DNA from: Macrostomum lignano
Taxonomy: Eukaryota
Length of the DNA stretch: 53,498 nucleotides
Assembly (NCBI GenBank): GCA_002269645.1
Contig: NIVC01004243.1
Location: forward strand, 1 to 53,498
Direction: 5' to 3'
The notes below the pieces were generated by a model. The model was not told the origin of the DNA. It ran no database searches and saw nothing but the letters and a program-made list of their open reading frames with translations. Position 1 is the stretch's first letter, and each line of letters begins with the position of its first letter. The translations under genes were made by a program, and so were the position numbers. Below, one piece after another: positions 10,411 through 25,000 of this stretch.

Positions 10411-13400
10411 ATGGAGCCGCGCGATCGAACCTCGGACTCGGGGGATGTCGGCCAGGTCTACGACCAGCAGACCATGGTGGCCATCTCCATCTTCTCCTTC
10501 ATGGACCGCCTGCTGTCCGCCATCAGGAGCGGCGCCGACGAGGGCGACGCCGACAATGACAGCGAAGGCGACGGCGAACAGCCGGACGGCGAGGATGCCG
10601 GCGAGGCGGCGAAAATTCAACCGGGCGGCTACTCGGATGAAATGTTCTTTTATCTGTCTGACGCTGAGAAGGAGCAGTTCGAGTGCCGCATCTGGTGAGC
10701 CGCTGTGGGGGCGATTCTTACAGCCATTGTTTATGCCAGGGCGATTCTTACAGCCATTGTTTATGCCAGGGCGATTCTTACAGCCATTGTTTATGCCAGG
10801 GTGATTCTTACAGCCATTGTTTATGCCAGGGCGATTCTTACAGCCATTGTTTATGCCAGGGCGATTCTTACAGCCATTGTTTATGCCAGGGCGATTCTTA
10901 CAGCCATTGTTTATGTCAGGGCGATTCTTACAGCCATTGTTTATGCCAGGGCGATTCTTACAGCCATTGTTTATGCCAGGGCGATTCTTACAGCCATTGT
11001 TTATGCCAGGGCTATTCTTACAGCCATTGTTTATGTCAGGGCGATTCTTACAGCCATTGTTTATGTCAGGGCGATTCTTACAGCCATTGTTTATGTCAGG
11101 GCGATTCTTACAGCCATTGTTTATACCAGGGCGATTCTTACAGCCATTTGGTTATGTCAGGGCGATTCTTACAGCCATTGTTTATGTCAGGGCGATTATT
11201 ACAGCCATTGTTTATGCCAGGGCGATTCTTACAGCCATTGTTTATGCCAGGGCGATTCTTACAGCCATTGTTTATGTCAGGGCGATTCTTACAGCCATTG
11301 TTTATACCAGGGCGATTCTTACAGCCATTTGGTTATGTCAGGGCGATTCTTACAGCCATTGTTTATGTCAGGGCGATTATTACAGCCATTGTTTATGCCA
11401 GGGCGATTCTTACAGCCATTGTTTATGCCAGGGCGATTCTTACAGCCATTGTTTATGTCAGGGCGATTCTTACAGCCATTGTTTATGTCAGGGCGACTCT
11501 TACAGTCATTTTTTATACCAGGGCGATTCTTACAGCCATTGTTTATGTCAGGGCGATTCTTACAGCCATTGTTTATGCCAGGGCGATTCTTACACAGCCA
11601 TTGTTTATGTCAGGGCGATTCTTACAGCCATTGTTTATGCCAGGGCGATTCTTACAGCCATTGTTTATGTCAGGGTGATTCTTACAGCCATTGTTTATGC
11701 CAGGGCGATTCTTACAGCCATTGTTTATGTCAGGGCGATTCTTACAGCCATTGTTTATGCCAGGGCGATTCTTACACAGCCATTGTTTATGTCAGGGCGA
11801 TTCTTACAGCCAAAATTTATGTCAGGGCGACTCTTACAGTCATTTTTTATGTCAGGGCGCTTCTTACAGCCATTTTTTGTCATTTACCTCGCCAGCGGCG
11901 TCAAGCTCCATCCAACCCTACCATACCGCATCTGCAGCTTCAGCATCCTGAAGGACTGCCACGAGTGCCGCAACAGGCACCGGTTCTGCTACGGCTGCAT
12001 CTACATGTGGAGCGGCCAGGAGGGCGGCGGCGCGGACTTCTGTCCGGTGTGCCGAGCGCCGGGCGAGTACGCCAGGAGCCCGGACGTCAACGAACGGCTT
12101 GGCAAGAAGCGGGTTCGCTGCTCCGAATGCAACTGGCGCGGCTGCCTGCGCGACTTCGACGGGCACGAGCACCGGCGCTACGATGAGAAGGAGCTGGCGC
12201 CGTCTGCTGGCGCCCAGCTGCCCGCGCTTAGCAGTAAGCAGAGCCTCGTGGCTGCCCAGCCACCCCAGCCTTCCCAGACTCCGTTGCAGCCGCCACCGCC
12301 TCCGCCTCCGCAAGCTCAGCCTACGGCGGCAGAAGTCCCAGTCGCCGCCCAGCCACAGCGGCTTACGCAGCCTCCGCCGCAACCGCCCCGCCTGCTGGGA
12401 CTTCGGCAGCAGGGCTCCGGCCGCAGGCTGACGCAGAATTCCACGACACCCACCGCTGCACCCGCCGCTGCCACCGGCGCCAATCGTCAGGCCGGCAGCG
12501 GCGGCGGCGGCAGCCGGCGAGGCTCAACGGCAGCAGCTGGCGCGAATTCTGCGGCGGGCAGCAGCGCCAGGAGACCGGCAGCGGCGACGGCCGGGACGTC
12601 TTCTCAGGAGCAGCCGCCGCCGCCTCCTGCGCGAACTCCGCATCCGCCCACGGCGCCACGTCCAGCGAATGCGACGACAAGACCACTGGCTCGCCGGCTG
12701 CAGCAGCGTACAAGACCTCAACCGCAGGCGGCTTCAGAAGCAGCGCCACAAGCAGCGCCACAAACAGCGCCACAAGCAGCGCCACAAACAGCGCCACAAA
12801 CAGCGCCTCAAGCAACGCCACAAGCAGCGCCACAAGCAGCGCCTCAAGCAGCGCCACAAACAGCGCCTCAAGCAGCGCCACAAGCAGCGCCACAAACAGC
12901 GCCACAATCATCATCGACATCGACTAATTCCGCTGCGGAAACATCAACCCTGCCGCCGCCAGCTACGTTTGCCACCGGCACGGCACCGCAGGAGCCGCCG
13001 CAGCCGGAGGAGCTGCAGTTCACCCGCTTGAACCGTCGGGCGCGTCGCCAACCGCCGGCCATGGCACAGCGGCTGCAGCAAAGCCGGGACCACCTGGCGG
13101 TGCTGATGGCGCTGCTGTCGGTCGAGCTGGACGAGCGCCGCCGCGCCGTCGAGCAGCACCAGCAGGAGGCGGAGCAGCGGGAGATGCGGCGCCTCCACCA
13201 GCTGGCCGAGGTACAAAGCCTCAATCGGCGACTGTCGCAGGTGGCCAGCAACCTCAGCCGGATAGTGGACGGCGGTGGCGGCGACGGAGGCATCGGGGTG
13301 GCCGCCGCTGAGCCGCCCCAGCCACCGACGCAGCCAGGTCGGCTGCCCCGACTACCAGCTGGTGGCGGCGGCGGCGGCATTCTGCATCCCAGAGTGGGGC

Positions 13401-13480
13401 TCGGGCCGCCCATCAGGCCCGCCTCGAGCGAGCTCGCCTCCGACTCTGAGTTGGATTTTGAGGACTCTGACACGGACTGA
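10411..13480 (+). CDS. C3HC4 RING finger protein (TRAF/PDZRN-type RING plus following Zn-finger) with a low-complexity and coiled-coil C-terminus, 2 exons, about 608 aa; putative E3 ligase
   Basis: Exon 10411-10694 ends at donor TG|GTGAGC, and exon 11938-13480 starts at acceptor CTGCAG|C. Splicing rebuilds FECRICFSILKDCHECRNRHRFCYGCI...FCPVCR, followed by VRCSECNWRGCLRDFDGHEH. Confidence 0.85.
10708..11877. repeat. 30-bp intronic minisatellite (GGGCGATTCTTACAGCCATTGTTTATGYCA)n
   Basis: Visible tandem array filling the RING gene intron. Confidence 0.95.
12737..12906 (+). repeat. Coding 12-bp repeat encoding (A/T)APQ-type tetrapeptides
   Basis: GCAGCGCCACAA / ACAGCGCCACAA units in frame within the RING gene exon 2. 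Confidence 0.9.
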
Positions 13481-13591
13481 TGACGGGGCTTGAAAGTTGT
13501 TTGAAAATTTCTTGTGATTTCAAAAACTTGTGATGTCCGAGCACTTTTCCCTTGGTGCTCGCAGCCTCTCCTGGCACTATCTTGACATCCT

Positions 13592-14078
13592 AGCCACTGC
13601 CTCTCCTGACACCCCTGTCTCTCCTGATACTCCACTGCCTCTCCTGACACCCCAATCTCTCCTGAGACCCCATTGCCTCTCCTGACACCCCAATCTCTCC
13701 TGATACTCCACTGCCTCTCCTGACACCCCTGTCTCTCCTGATACTCCACTGCCTCTCCTGACACCCCTGTCTCTCCTGATACTCCACTGCCTCTCCTGAC
13801 ACCTGTCTCTCCTGACACCCCGCTGCCTCTCCTGACACCCTCTGCCTCTCCTGACAACCCACTGCCTCTCCTGACACCCCACTGCCTCTCCTGACAACCC
13901 ACTGCCTCTCCTGACACCCCACTGCCTCTCCTGACACCCCACTGCCTCTCCTGACACCCCACTGCCTCTCCTGACACCCCACTGCCTCTCCTGACACCCC
14001 ACTGCCTCTCCTGACACCCCACTGCCTCTCCTGACACCCCACTGCCTCTCCTGACACCCCACTGCCTCTCCTGACACC
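13592..14078. repeat. About 21-bp minisatellite (CCACTGCCTCTCCTGACACCC)n
   Basis: Visible tandem array. Confidence 0.95.
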
Positions 14079-14586
14079 CATGTGAACGGTTTTACGATGC
14101 AGATTATTGAAATGGAGCACTATCGTTCGCCATAAAAAACATAGTTACATTCTTTAATTGTAATACGAAAATAATACTACTGGATATTGTAAACTCTACC
14201 TGTAGATAGCGGCATGTAGACACCTATATAGAAGTCTAAATTTTATCCGTTTTTCCCAACGCTGCCCGCTTCATCTGCTTCAAGCGCACTTGTAGATGTA
14301 CTGCTTTTCATGTTTCATTGCATTTCACTTCGCTGTACAGAAAATATCTACAGACGACTTGTATTTTCGTAGAAAGAGTTTCATATTTCCATATCATAAA
14401 AGGAAAAATAGCAAGGCGTTTCATTTTATAACACTAATTACAACTCGATTAATTTCGGTTTCTTAACCATTTATAGTAACAAATTTTTCGCTGGCGTGCA
14501 ATCTTCTATTTTGAATCGAAAAGTGCAGAAAAGTGCATCCAGCTAGGCACGAAGTAGACCGCATATGGGACACCAGAGTGGCATGA

Positions 14587-16832
14587 AAGGACAGTGGGGG
14601 CGCCAGGGGAGGACAGTGGGGGCGCCAGGGGAGGACAGTGGGGGCGCCAGGGGAGGACAGTGGGGGCGCCAGGGGAGGACAGTGAGGGCGCCAGGGGAGT
14701 ACAGTGGGGGCGCCAGGGGAGGACAGTGGGGGCGCCAGGGGAGGACAGTGGGGGCGCCAGGGGAGGACAGTGGGGGCGCCAGGGGAGGACAGTGAGGGCG
14801 CCAGGGGAGGACAGTGAGGGCGCCAGGGGAGTACAGTGGGGGCGCCAGGGGAGGACAGTGGGGGCGCCAGGGGAGGACAGTGGGGGCGCCAGGGGAGGAC
14901 AGTGGGGGCGCCAGGGGAGGACAGTGGGGGCGCCAGGGGAGGACAGTGGGGGCGCCAGGGGAGGACAGTGGGGGGCGCCAGGGGAGTACAGTGGGGGCGC
15001 CAGGGGAGGACAGTGGGGGCGCGAGGGGAGGACAGTGGGGGCGCCAGGGGAGGACAGTGGGGGCGCCAGGGGAGGACAGTGGGGGCGCCAGGGGAGGACA
15101 GTGGGGGCGCCAGGGAAGGACAGTGGGGGCGCCAGGGGAGGACAGTGGGGGCGCCAGGGGAGGACAGTGGGGGCGCCAGGGGAGGACAGTGGGGGCGCGA
15201 GGGGAGGACAGTGGGGGTGCCAGGGGAGGACAGTGGGGACGCCAGGGGAGGACAGTGGGGGCGCCAGGGGAGGACAGTGAGGGCGCCAGGGGAGGATAGT
15301 GGGGGTGCCAGGGGAGGACAGTGGGGGCGCCAGGGGAGGACAGTGGGGGCGCCAGGGGAGGACAGTGGGGGCGCCAGGGGAGGACAGTGGGGGCGCCAGG
15401 GGAGGACAGTGGGGGCGCCAGGGGAGGACAGTGGGGGCGCCAGGGGAGGACAGTGGGGGCGCCAGGGGAGGACAGTGGGGGCGCCAGGGGAGGACAGTGG
15501 GGGCGCCAGGGGAGGACAGTGGGGGCGCCAGGGGAGGACAGTGGGGGCGCCAGGGAAGGACAGTGGGGGCGCCAGGGAGGACAGTGGGGGCGCCAGGGGA
15601 GGACAGTGGGGGCGCCAGGGAAGGACAGTGGGGGCGCCAGGGGAGGACAGTGGGGGCGCCAGGGGAGGACAGTGGGGGCGCCAGGGGAGGACAGTGGGGG
15701 CGCCAGGGGAGGACAGTGGGGGCGCGAGGGGAGGACAGTGGGGGCGCCAGGGGAGGACAGTGGGGGCGCCAGGGGAGGACAGTGGGGGCGCCAGGGGAGG
15801 ACAGTGGGGGCGCCAGGGAGGACAGTGGGGGCGCCAGGGGAGGACAGTGGGGGCGCCAAGGAAGGACAGTGGGGGCGCCAGGGGAGGACAGTGGGGGCGC
15901 CAGGGGAGGACAGTGGGGGCGCCAGGGGAGGACAGTGGGGGCGCCAGGGGAGGACAGTGGGGCGCCAGGGGAGGACAGTGGGGGCGCCAGGGGAGGACAG
16001 TGGGGGCGCCAGGGGAGGACAGTGGGGGCGCGAGGGAGGACAGTGGGGGCGCCAGGGGAGGACAGTGGGGGCGCCAGGGGAGGACAGTGGGGGCGCCAGG
16101 GGAGGACAGTGGGGGCGCCAGGGGAGGACAGTGGGGGCGCCAGGGGAGGACAGTGGCGGCGCCAGGGGAGGACAGTGTGGGCGCGAGGGGAGGACAGTGG
16201 GGGTGCCAGGGGAGGACAGTGGGGGCGCGAGGGGAGGACAGTGGGGGCGCCAGGGAGGACAGTGGGGGCGCCAGGGGAGGACAGTGGGGGCGCCAGGGGA
16301 GGACAGTGGGGGCGCCAGGGAAGGACAGTGGGGGCGCCAGGGGAGGACAGTGGGGGCGCCAGGGGAGGACAGTGGGGGCGCCAGGGGAGGACAGTGGGGG
16401 CGCGAGGGGAGGACAGTGGGGTGCCAGGGGAGGACAGTGGGGGCGCCAGGGGAGGACAGTGAGGGCGCCAGGGAGGATAGTGGGGTGCCAGGGGAGGACA
16501 GTGGGGGCGCCAGGGGAGGATAGTGGGGGTGCCAGGGGAGGACAGTGGGGGCGCCAGGGGAGGATAGTGGGGGCGCCAGGGGAGGATAGTGGGGGTGCCA
16601 GGGGAGGACAGTGGGGGCGCCAGGGGAGGATAGTGGGGTGCCAGGGGAGGACAGTGGGGGCGCCAGGGGAGGACAGTGAGGGCGCCAGGGGACGACAGTG
16701 GGGGCGCCAGGGGAGGACAGTGGGGGCGCCAGGGGAGGACAGTGAGGGCGCCGGGGAAGGATAGTGGGGGCGCCAGAAGAGGACAGTGGGGGCGCCAGGG
16801 GAGGACAGTGGGGGCGCCAGGGAAGGACAGTG
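14587..16832. repeat. 22-bp G-rich minisatellite (GGGGAGGACAGTGGGGGCGCCA)n
   Basis: Visible tandem array of about 2.2 kb; it explains the 22-aa periodic ORFs at 14543-16867. Confidence 0.97.
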
Positions 16833-17097
16833 GAAGTCAGGGAATGCTGTCTATTGGATTAAAATAAGAAGTAGTTTCTTACTTTATCGGTAATTTACTA
16901 GCAAAATGCATTATCGAAGCAGAATGAAATCATGAACTTGAACGCACAATACGCTCATAATGCATGGCTGAGATTGTTAGCTTTTTTAAGCTGCACATGT
17001 ATGTATAGTTAGGAATAAACTATAGGACTAGACTAAACTAAACTATAGTTAGAATAGCAATTCTGGGTTACAAATAGAGGCAATGATTTAGGGATGT

Positions 17098-19816
<2,719 letters not shown>

Positions 19817-19842
19817 CTGAATTGTTGTTAGGAAGAGCATAC

Positions 19843-20170
19843 TAGCCAATCAGAGTCGAGCACCAATCAGAAACCAACAAGACCGACCGGATTTGAATAT
19901 GGCAGTTTTCAGCCAATCAGAGACCAGCAAGACTGACCGGATTAGAACATGGCAGTTTTCAGCCAATCAGAGACCAGCAAGACTGACCGGATTTGAACAT
20001 GGCAGTTTTCAGCCAATTAGAGACCAGCAAGACAGACCGGATTTGAATATGGCAGTTTTCAGCCAATCAGAGACCAGCAAGACAGACCGCATTTGAATAT
20101 GGCAGTTTTCAGCCAATTAGAGACCAGCAAGACTGACCGCATTTAAATATGGCAGTACTGAGCCAATTAA
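19843..20170 (+). repeat. About 50-bp tandem repeat, each unit carrying AGCCAATCAGAG (CCAAT box)
   Basis: Unit TTTTCAGCCAATCAGAGACCAGCAAGACTGACCGGATTTGAATATGGCAG, about 5-6 copies. Confidence 0.9.
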
Positions 20171-20552
20171 TTAGAAATGATCAAGGATGACAGTGTAGCA
20201 TCTGGACTTTAGATACCTAGAAACAACTTATTTTATTATAGTGGATAAATACAATAAAAACCAAAACGATATTAAACAAATAACTTTGAAATAGCTGATA
20301 ATAATGACTTCACTTTCAGTTTTATTTTACAACAGAAAGGCTTCACTGGAAGAGGCAGACCATAAAAGCATTTGGATCCCAGAACTAGAACTTTGCTAAA
20401 TATTAGTACATACGAGTACTACTAACAATAGAACATGTCCAGCAAGCACTTCAGAAAGATGAAATTAACTATCAGCATGAAAAAAATTCAACAGGATAAA
20501 ACATAAACTAAATAGGGTGAGATCTAAGACGCATACTTCTGCATTAGTTTTT

Positions 20553-20912
20553 CAGCCTCTGATTGGCTAGAAACTACGATCTTCTGATCCCCGCCTCTGA
20601 TTGGCTAGAAACTACGATCTTCCGATCCCCGCCTCTGATTGGCTAGAAACTACGATCTTCCAATCCCCGCCTCTGATTGGCTAGAAACTACGATCTTCCG
20701 ATCCCCGCCTCTGATTGGCTAGAAACTACGATCTTCCGATCCCCGCCTCTGATTGGCCAGAGGCTACGATCTCCCAATCCCCGACTCTGATTGGCTAGAA
20801 ATCACATCCCAATCCCCGACTCTGATGGGCTAGAAATCACATCCCAATCCCCGACTCTGATTGGCTAGAAACTACAATCTCCCCACCCCTGATTGGCTAG
20901 AAACTACGATCC
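20553..20912 (-). repeat. 38-bp tandem repeat carrying CTCTGATTGGCT (reverse CCAAT box)
   Basis: Unit GCCTCTGATTGGCTAGAAACTACGATCTTCCGATCCCC, about 9-10 copies. Confidence 0.9.
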
Positions 20913-20922
20913 CCACCCGAAG

Positions 20923-21645
20923 TCAGCTAGCCGAAGTTTTCCCCGACGCGGACTCAGCAGCCGCCGAGGCCCGCAGTTGCTCGCCCATTGCCCGAAACCG
21001 ATTGGCCAGAGCTTCATCTCTCGGGCCGCAGTCGCCTCTGGCGTAGGCCGTGGCCGCGTTGAAGCAGCCGTTGGCGTAGCCCAGTTCGCAGGCGCGCACG
21101 GCAAAGCGCAGCGACTCCGGCAGATCGCGTGGCTTATCCGGCGCTTCAATCATGTGCAGGGCGGACAGGTGAAAGCAGGCGGCGCCGTAGTCGGCCCGAC
21201 AGGCCTTGTCGAAAGCCTCCAGAGCGCCCGGCAGGTTGGGCGCGTGACTGGCCAGGGCTTTGGCGTCTATGACGCCCAGACCGAAGCAGCCGGTCGGGCT
21301 GTCCAACTCGTGGCAGGCTCGGCTGTAAAATCGGCGCGCCGCGTGGCAGTCCCTGGCGGCGCCGCCGAGGCCGCGCAGTCGCGCGTTGCCCAGCCGCAGG
21401 CAGCTGTCGGCGTGGCGCAACGAGCCGCAGGCGTCGGCAAGCAGGCCAAGGGCCTCCTCGCGAGGCTCCTTGGCGCGCTGCTGCAGGAGGGCGTCGGCCA
21501 GGCGGTAAGCGGACTGGCCGGCTGCGGCCAGCCTGCTGGCGTCGCTGCTGCCGCCTTCCACGCGCCGTCGGGCCTCGGCGTAGATGGAGCGCAGCTCCTC
21601 CAGCGACTCAGTTGGCGCCGACTGCGTGTGAGGTGTCGGCGACTT
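20923..21645 (-). CDS. COA7: Cytochrome c oxidase assembly factor 7 homolog (Sel1-like repeat protein)
   Basis: Motifs HADSCLRLG, ACFHLSALHM, RDL...RACELGYANGCFNA...GD...RDEALA match COA7/SELRC1 as recalled. There is no ATG near the 5' end; the frame begins at acceptor TTTTGTCGCAG|AAG (21645, phase 0). Confidence 0.88.
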   Translation of the reverse strand, partial: KSPTPHTQSAPTESLEELRSIYAEARRRVEGGSSDASRLAAAGQSAYRLADALLQQRAKEPREEALGLLADACGSLRHADSCLRLGNARLRGLGGAARDCHAARRFYSRACHELDSPTGCFGLGVIDAKALASHAPNLPGALEAFDKACRADYGAACFHLSALHMIEAPDKPRDLPESLRFAVRACELGYANGCFNAATAYARGDCGPRDEALANRFRAMGEQLRASAAAESASGKTSAS

Positions 21646-22008
21646 CTGCGACAAAATTGGTGCCTTGTTGATGATTGGCGCGGCTCTGATCTAGTAGCTT
21701 GGCAGCTCTAATCTTATCTGATGTCTCTAATCTTATGAGTAAAAACAAGCCTAAATTAAAGATTAGATGAACACGAGTCTATTGACATATCTAATCTCAT
21801 GGGTAAGCAGGAGTCTGAAAGATCTAATCTCATGGGTAAACAGCAATCTAATGGCAAAGCTAATCTCTTAGGTAAACAGCAATCTAATGGCAGATCTAAT
21901 CTCATAGGTAAACAGCAATCTAATGGCAGATCTAATCTCATTGGTAAACAGCAATCTAATGGCAGATCTAATCTCATAGGTAAACAGCAATCTAATGGCA
22001 GATCTAAT

Positions 22009-25000
22009 TGTTGGGCCTGGTGCGTGGGGTTGGGGTGCGCTTTTACTCCGTGTATTGTTTGTGTTCTTAACTCTGTGCGTGTACTCATGGTCCGTGGCTC
22101 ACGCTCTTTGCACGTCTCTGCTCTATCGTGATTTTAATGTACTTTGTTGGTGTTTTAGCCCTAATAAATCGTATCGTTGGTTGTCGGTGCTCTTGGCACT
22201 TTCGTCTTGTCTCGCATACTCTCAGCTCATGACTTGTTCATTTCAACATTTTGGCGTCGCAAGATGTCTATAAAGCTACGAGACCCACTGCCTCTAAACA
22301 ACATTGAAGAGTTGCGGGCATGGATCGAGGTCTTTGACGCCCAGGTGCGATCAAAAGGAGTGAAGGACACCGATCGCACTGATGACACAGCCGGTAATCT
22401 GGCGTTGACCGATGCCTTCCTTGGCTGCCTTGGCGTGGCACAGCTCATCTAAGTGAAGCAGCTGGTCGCGCCCAAACCGCTCTCGCAGATGAAGTGGGCG
22501 GAAATCAAGGAGTGCCTCGTGCGGTTTCTGGAGCCCAAGAAGAGGCTGCTGATTGCCGAGAGAGCAGCTTTCATGTCCATGCGCCAAGGAGACGGCGAGA
22601 CGGTTGCCGGCTTCGCTGCCCGACTTCAAGAGCAGGCGGTGGTGTGCGAATTCGAGAAGCTGAAGGGCGAGAATGTTGATCCAGCTGAGCAGCTGATCAA
22701 AATGCGCCTCATCGCCGGTCTCAGCAACCAGGAGGTCCGGAGCAAGGTTCTCGAGCGCGAAGTCTCCGCAGAGCTCTCGGTGAGCCAGATCACCGAGTAC
22801 GTGCAGCAACTACAGATGGTGAGCAAATTTTCGTTTGGGCCACTGACTGCCTCCGGCCAAGCTGAAGGAGACTCGGCGGTGCATCAGGCATCGCCCGCTA
22901 GCCAGGAGGTACCAGAAGAGGATTCTGCTGGTGCCAACAGCATCAACGCGGCTGAGATGGTGAGGCCCAGAGCCGGTGGAGGCCAGAGCTGCCAGCGCTG
23001 CGGCCAGGCGCAACATAGCAGACCGACAGACTGCCGGGCCCTGAAGGTCATCTGTCACAAGTGCGGGAAGATTGGCCACTTCACGAAGGTCTGCCGGAGT
23101 GCCAGGACCCACTTTGTCGCACCCAACGAATCCAAGCACTCTGACTCAGCCGTGACCAGAGACGAGCCGGTTTTCTACTGCGGTGCGGGCACCCCTGCTG
23201 CATTCTGCGATGTGAAAATCAACAGAAGGCAGGTCAAAATGGAAAAGGACAGCGGCGCCTCGTGCTCACTAATCTCGAGAAAGATCTGGGAAGAACTCGG
23301 CAGGCCGCCACTGAAGTCGCCCAAGTCTCGGATGCTGGCCTACGACGGGCACGTGATGAAGCAGCTCGGCATCCTGGAGTGCCTGGTGGAGACTGGCGGC
23401 CCTGATGGCCGCTTCGCTGCGGCGGAGCTGCCCGTCATCGAATGCGAGCAGAAGTTCGGGTTGCTCGACCGGGATCTGCTCAGCTCGCTGCCAGCTCACC
23501 ACTCAGATGAGGCCAAGCCGCCCAGCAACAACAGGTACGAGAGCTTGTTGGGCATCAAGGGAGCAGTTGGCGAGATCCTGTTGAAGGCGGGAGCCAGGCC
23601 GATTTTCCAACCAGCCAGAGAGCTGCCGCTGGCGCTGCGTCCACTGGTGAAGGAGCTGGACCTGATGGAGAAGGCGGGCATAGTTGAGAAGGTGACGTCC
23701 TCAGAGTGGGGCAGCTCCAAAGTGGTGACGGTGAAATCCGACAAGATGTCTGTGAGGATCTGCGGAGACTACACTGCTGTCAATCAGTGGGTGCAGGACC
23801 AGACGTACTTGACTCCGTCCGTCGAGACAGCCTTCTCAAAGATGGGAAACAAGAAGTTGTTCTGCCGACTGGATTTATCTGACGCTTATTATCAGGTTCC
23901 GCTGGAAAATGAGTCAAAAGACATCACCACGATCAACACCCCTTTCGGCTGCTACCGCTTTAACAGGCTGCCGTACGGCATCAAGGTTTCTCCGTCTGTG
24001 TTCCAGCGCGAGATGGAGAAGCTGCTGGGTGAGCACACAAGTGTACCAGGATGATGTGCTCATGGGAGCGGTGTCAAAGGCGGAGCTGCAGAATATCAGA
24101 GAGAAGGTGCTGGACAAGCTGAGGGCAGCTAATGTGAAAATCAACGAAGCGAAGAGCAATTTGGAGGCCAGAAGCCTAAAGTTCCTGGGCCACATCATCG
24201 ATGAAGAGGGGATCAAGCCGGATCCGGGAATGGTGCAGAAGATTCAGGATTGTGGAGGCTCCGAAAAGCAAGAATGATCTAGAGCGGTTTCTGGGCTTGG
24301 CGCAGTTCTATGGTCGGTTGGTTCCCAACTTTGCTGAGAAGTGTCGGCCTCTGCAGGAACTTCGTCGAGCGGACCGTGTGTTTGACTGGAGTGCGGCTGC
24401 CGAGGCAGCGTTCACCAATGTGAAGCAGAGCCTGAGCTCGAATCCGTGTGTGAAACCGTTTGACGTCAACTCACCGGTGTGTCTGTGGGTGGATGCTAGC
24501 GAGCAGTCTCTGGGCGCTGTGCTGGTGCAGTCAGGGCACCCAGTCATGTACCTCTCTCGGGCGCTGACCAAGTCTGAGGCCAACTACTCCAACATTGAGC
24601 GGGAGGCTCTGGCCATTGTCTGGGCGGCGGAGCGAGCCCGCAAGATGCTCCTGGGGAAGAGGTTCACGCTCCAGACTGACCACGAGCCACTGAAGTACAT
24701 CTTCAATCCCAGCAAGAACCTTCCTAAAACAGTGTCCGCAAGACTAACTCGCTGGGCCCTGCGACTATCTGCTTTTGACTACGAGGTTGAGTATGTGCCA
24801 GGAAGACTGATGGTGGATGCGGATGCCTTATCTCGTTTGAGTTTTGCTGCCCAAGACCCTCCAAGTGACGCCGTGCACCAGCTGGAGCATGAAGAGGTCG
24901 TGTCAGAAGGAGCTCTTGTGACTCTGCAGGATCTTCGTGAGGGAACCAGGATGTGGTGTTGATGAAGCGGCTGCAGCAGAGGATCAGAACAGGCCGGTGG

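Noticed and set aside
10683-11951. Repetitive ORFs and the N-terminal part of the 887-aa ORF 10817-13480
   Set aside because: They come from the intronic 30-bp array; the real coding exon starts at 11938.
14543-16867. Long ORFs (up to 642 aa) of GAPGEDSGGARGGQW repeats, superficially collagen- or silk-like
   Set aside because: They are translations of a stop-free 22-bp minisatellite, open in several frames and on both strands.
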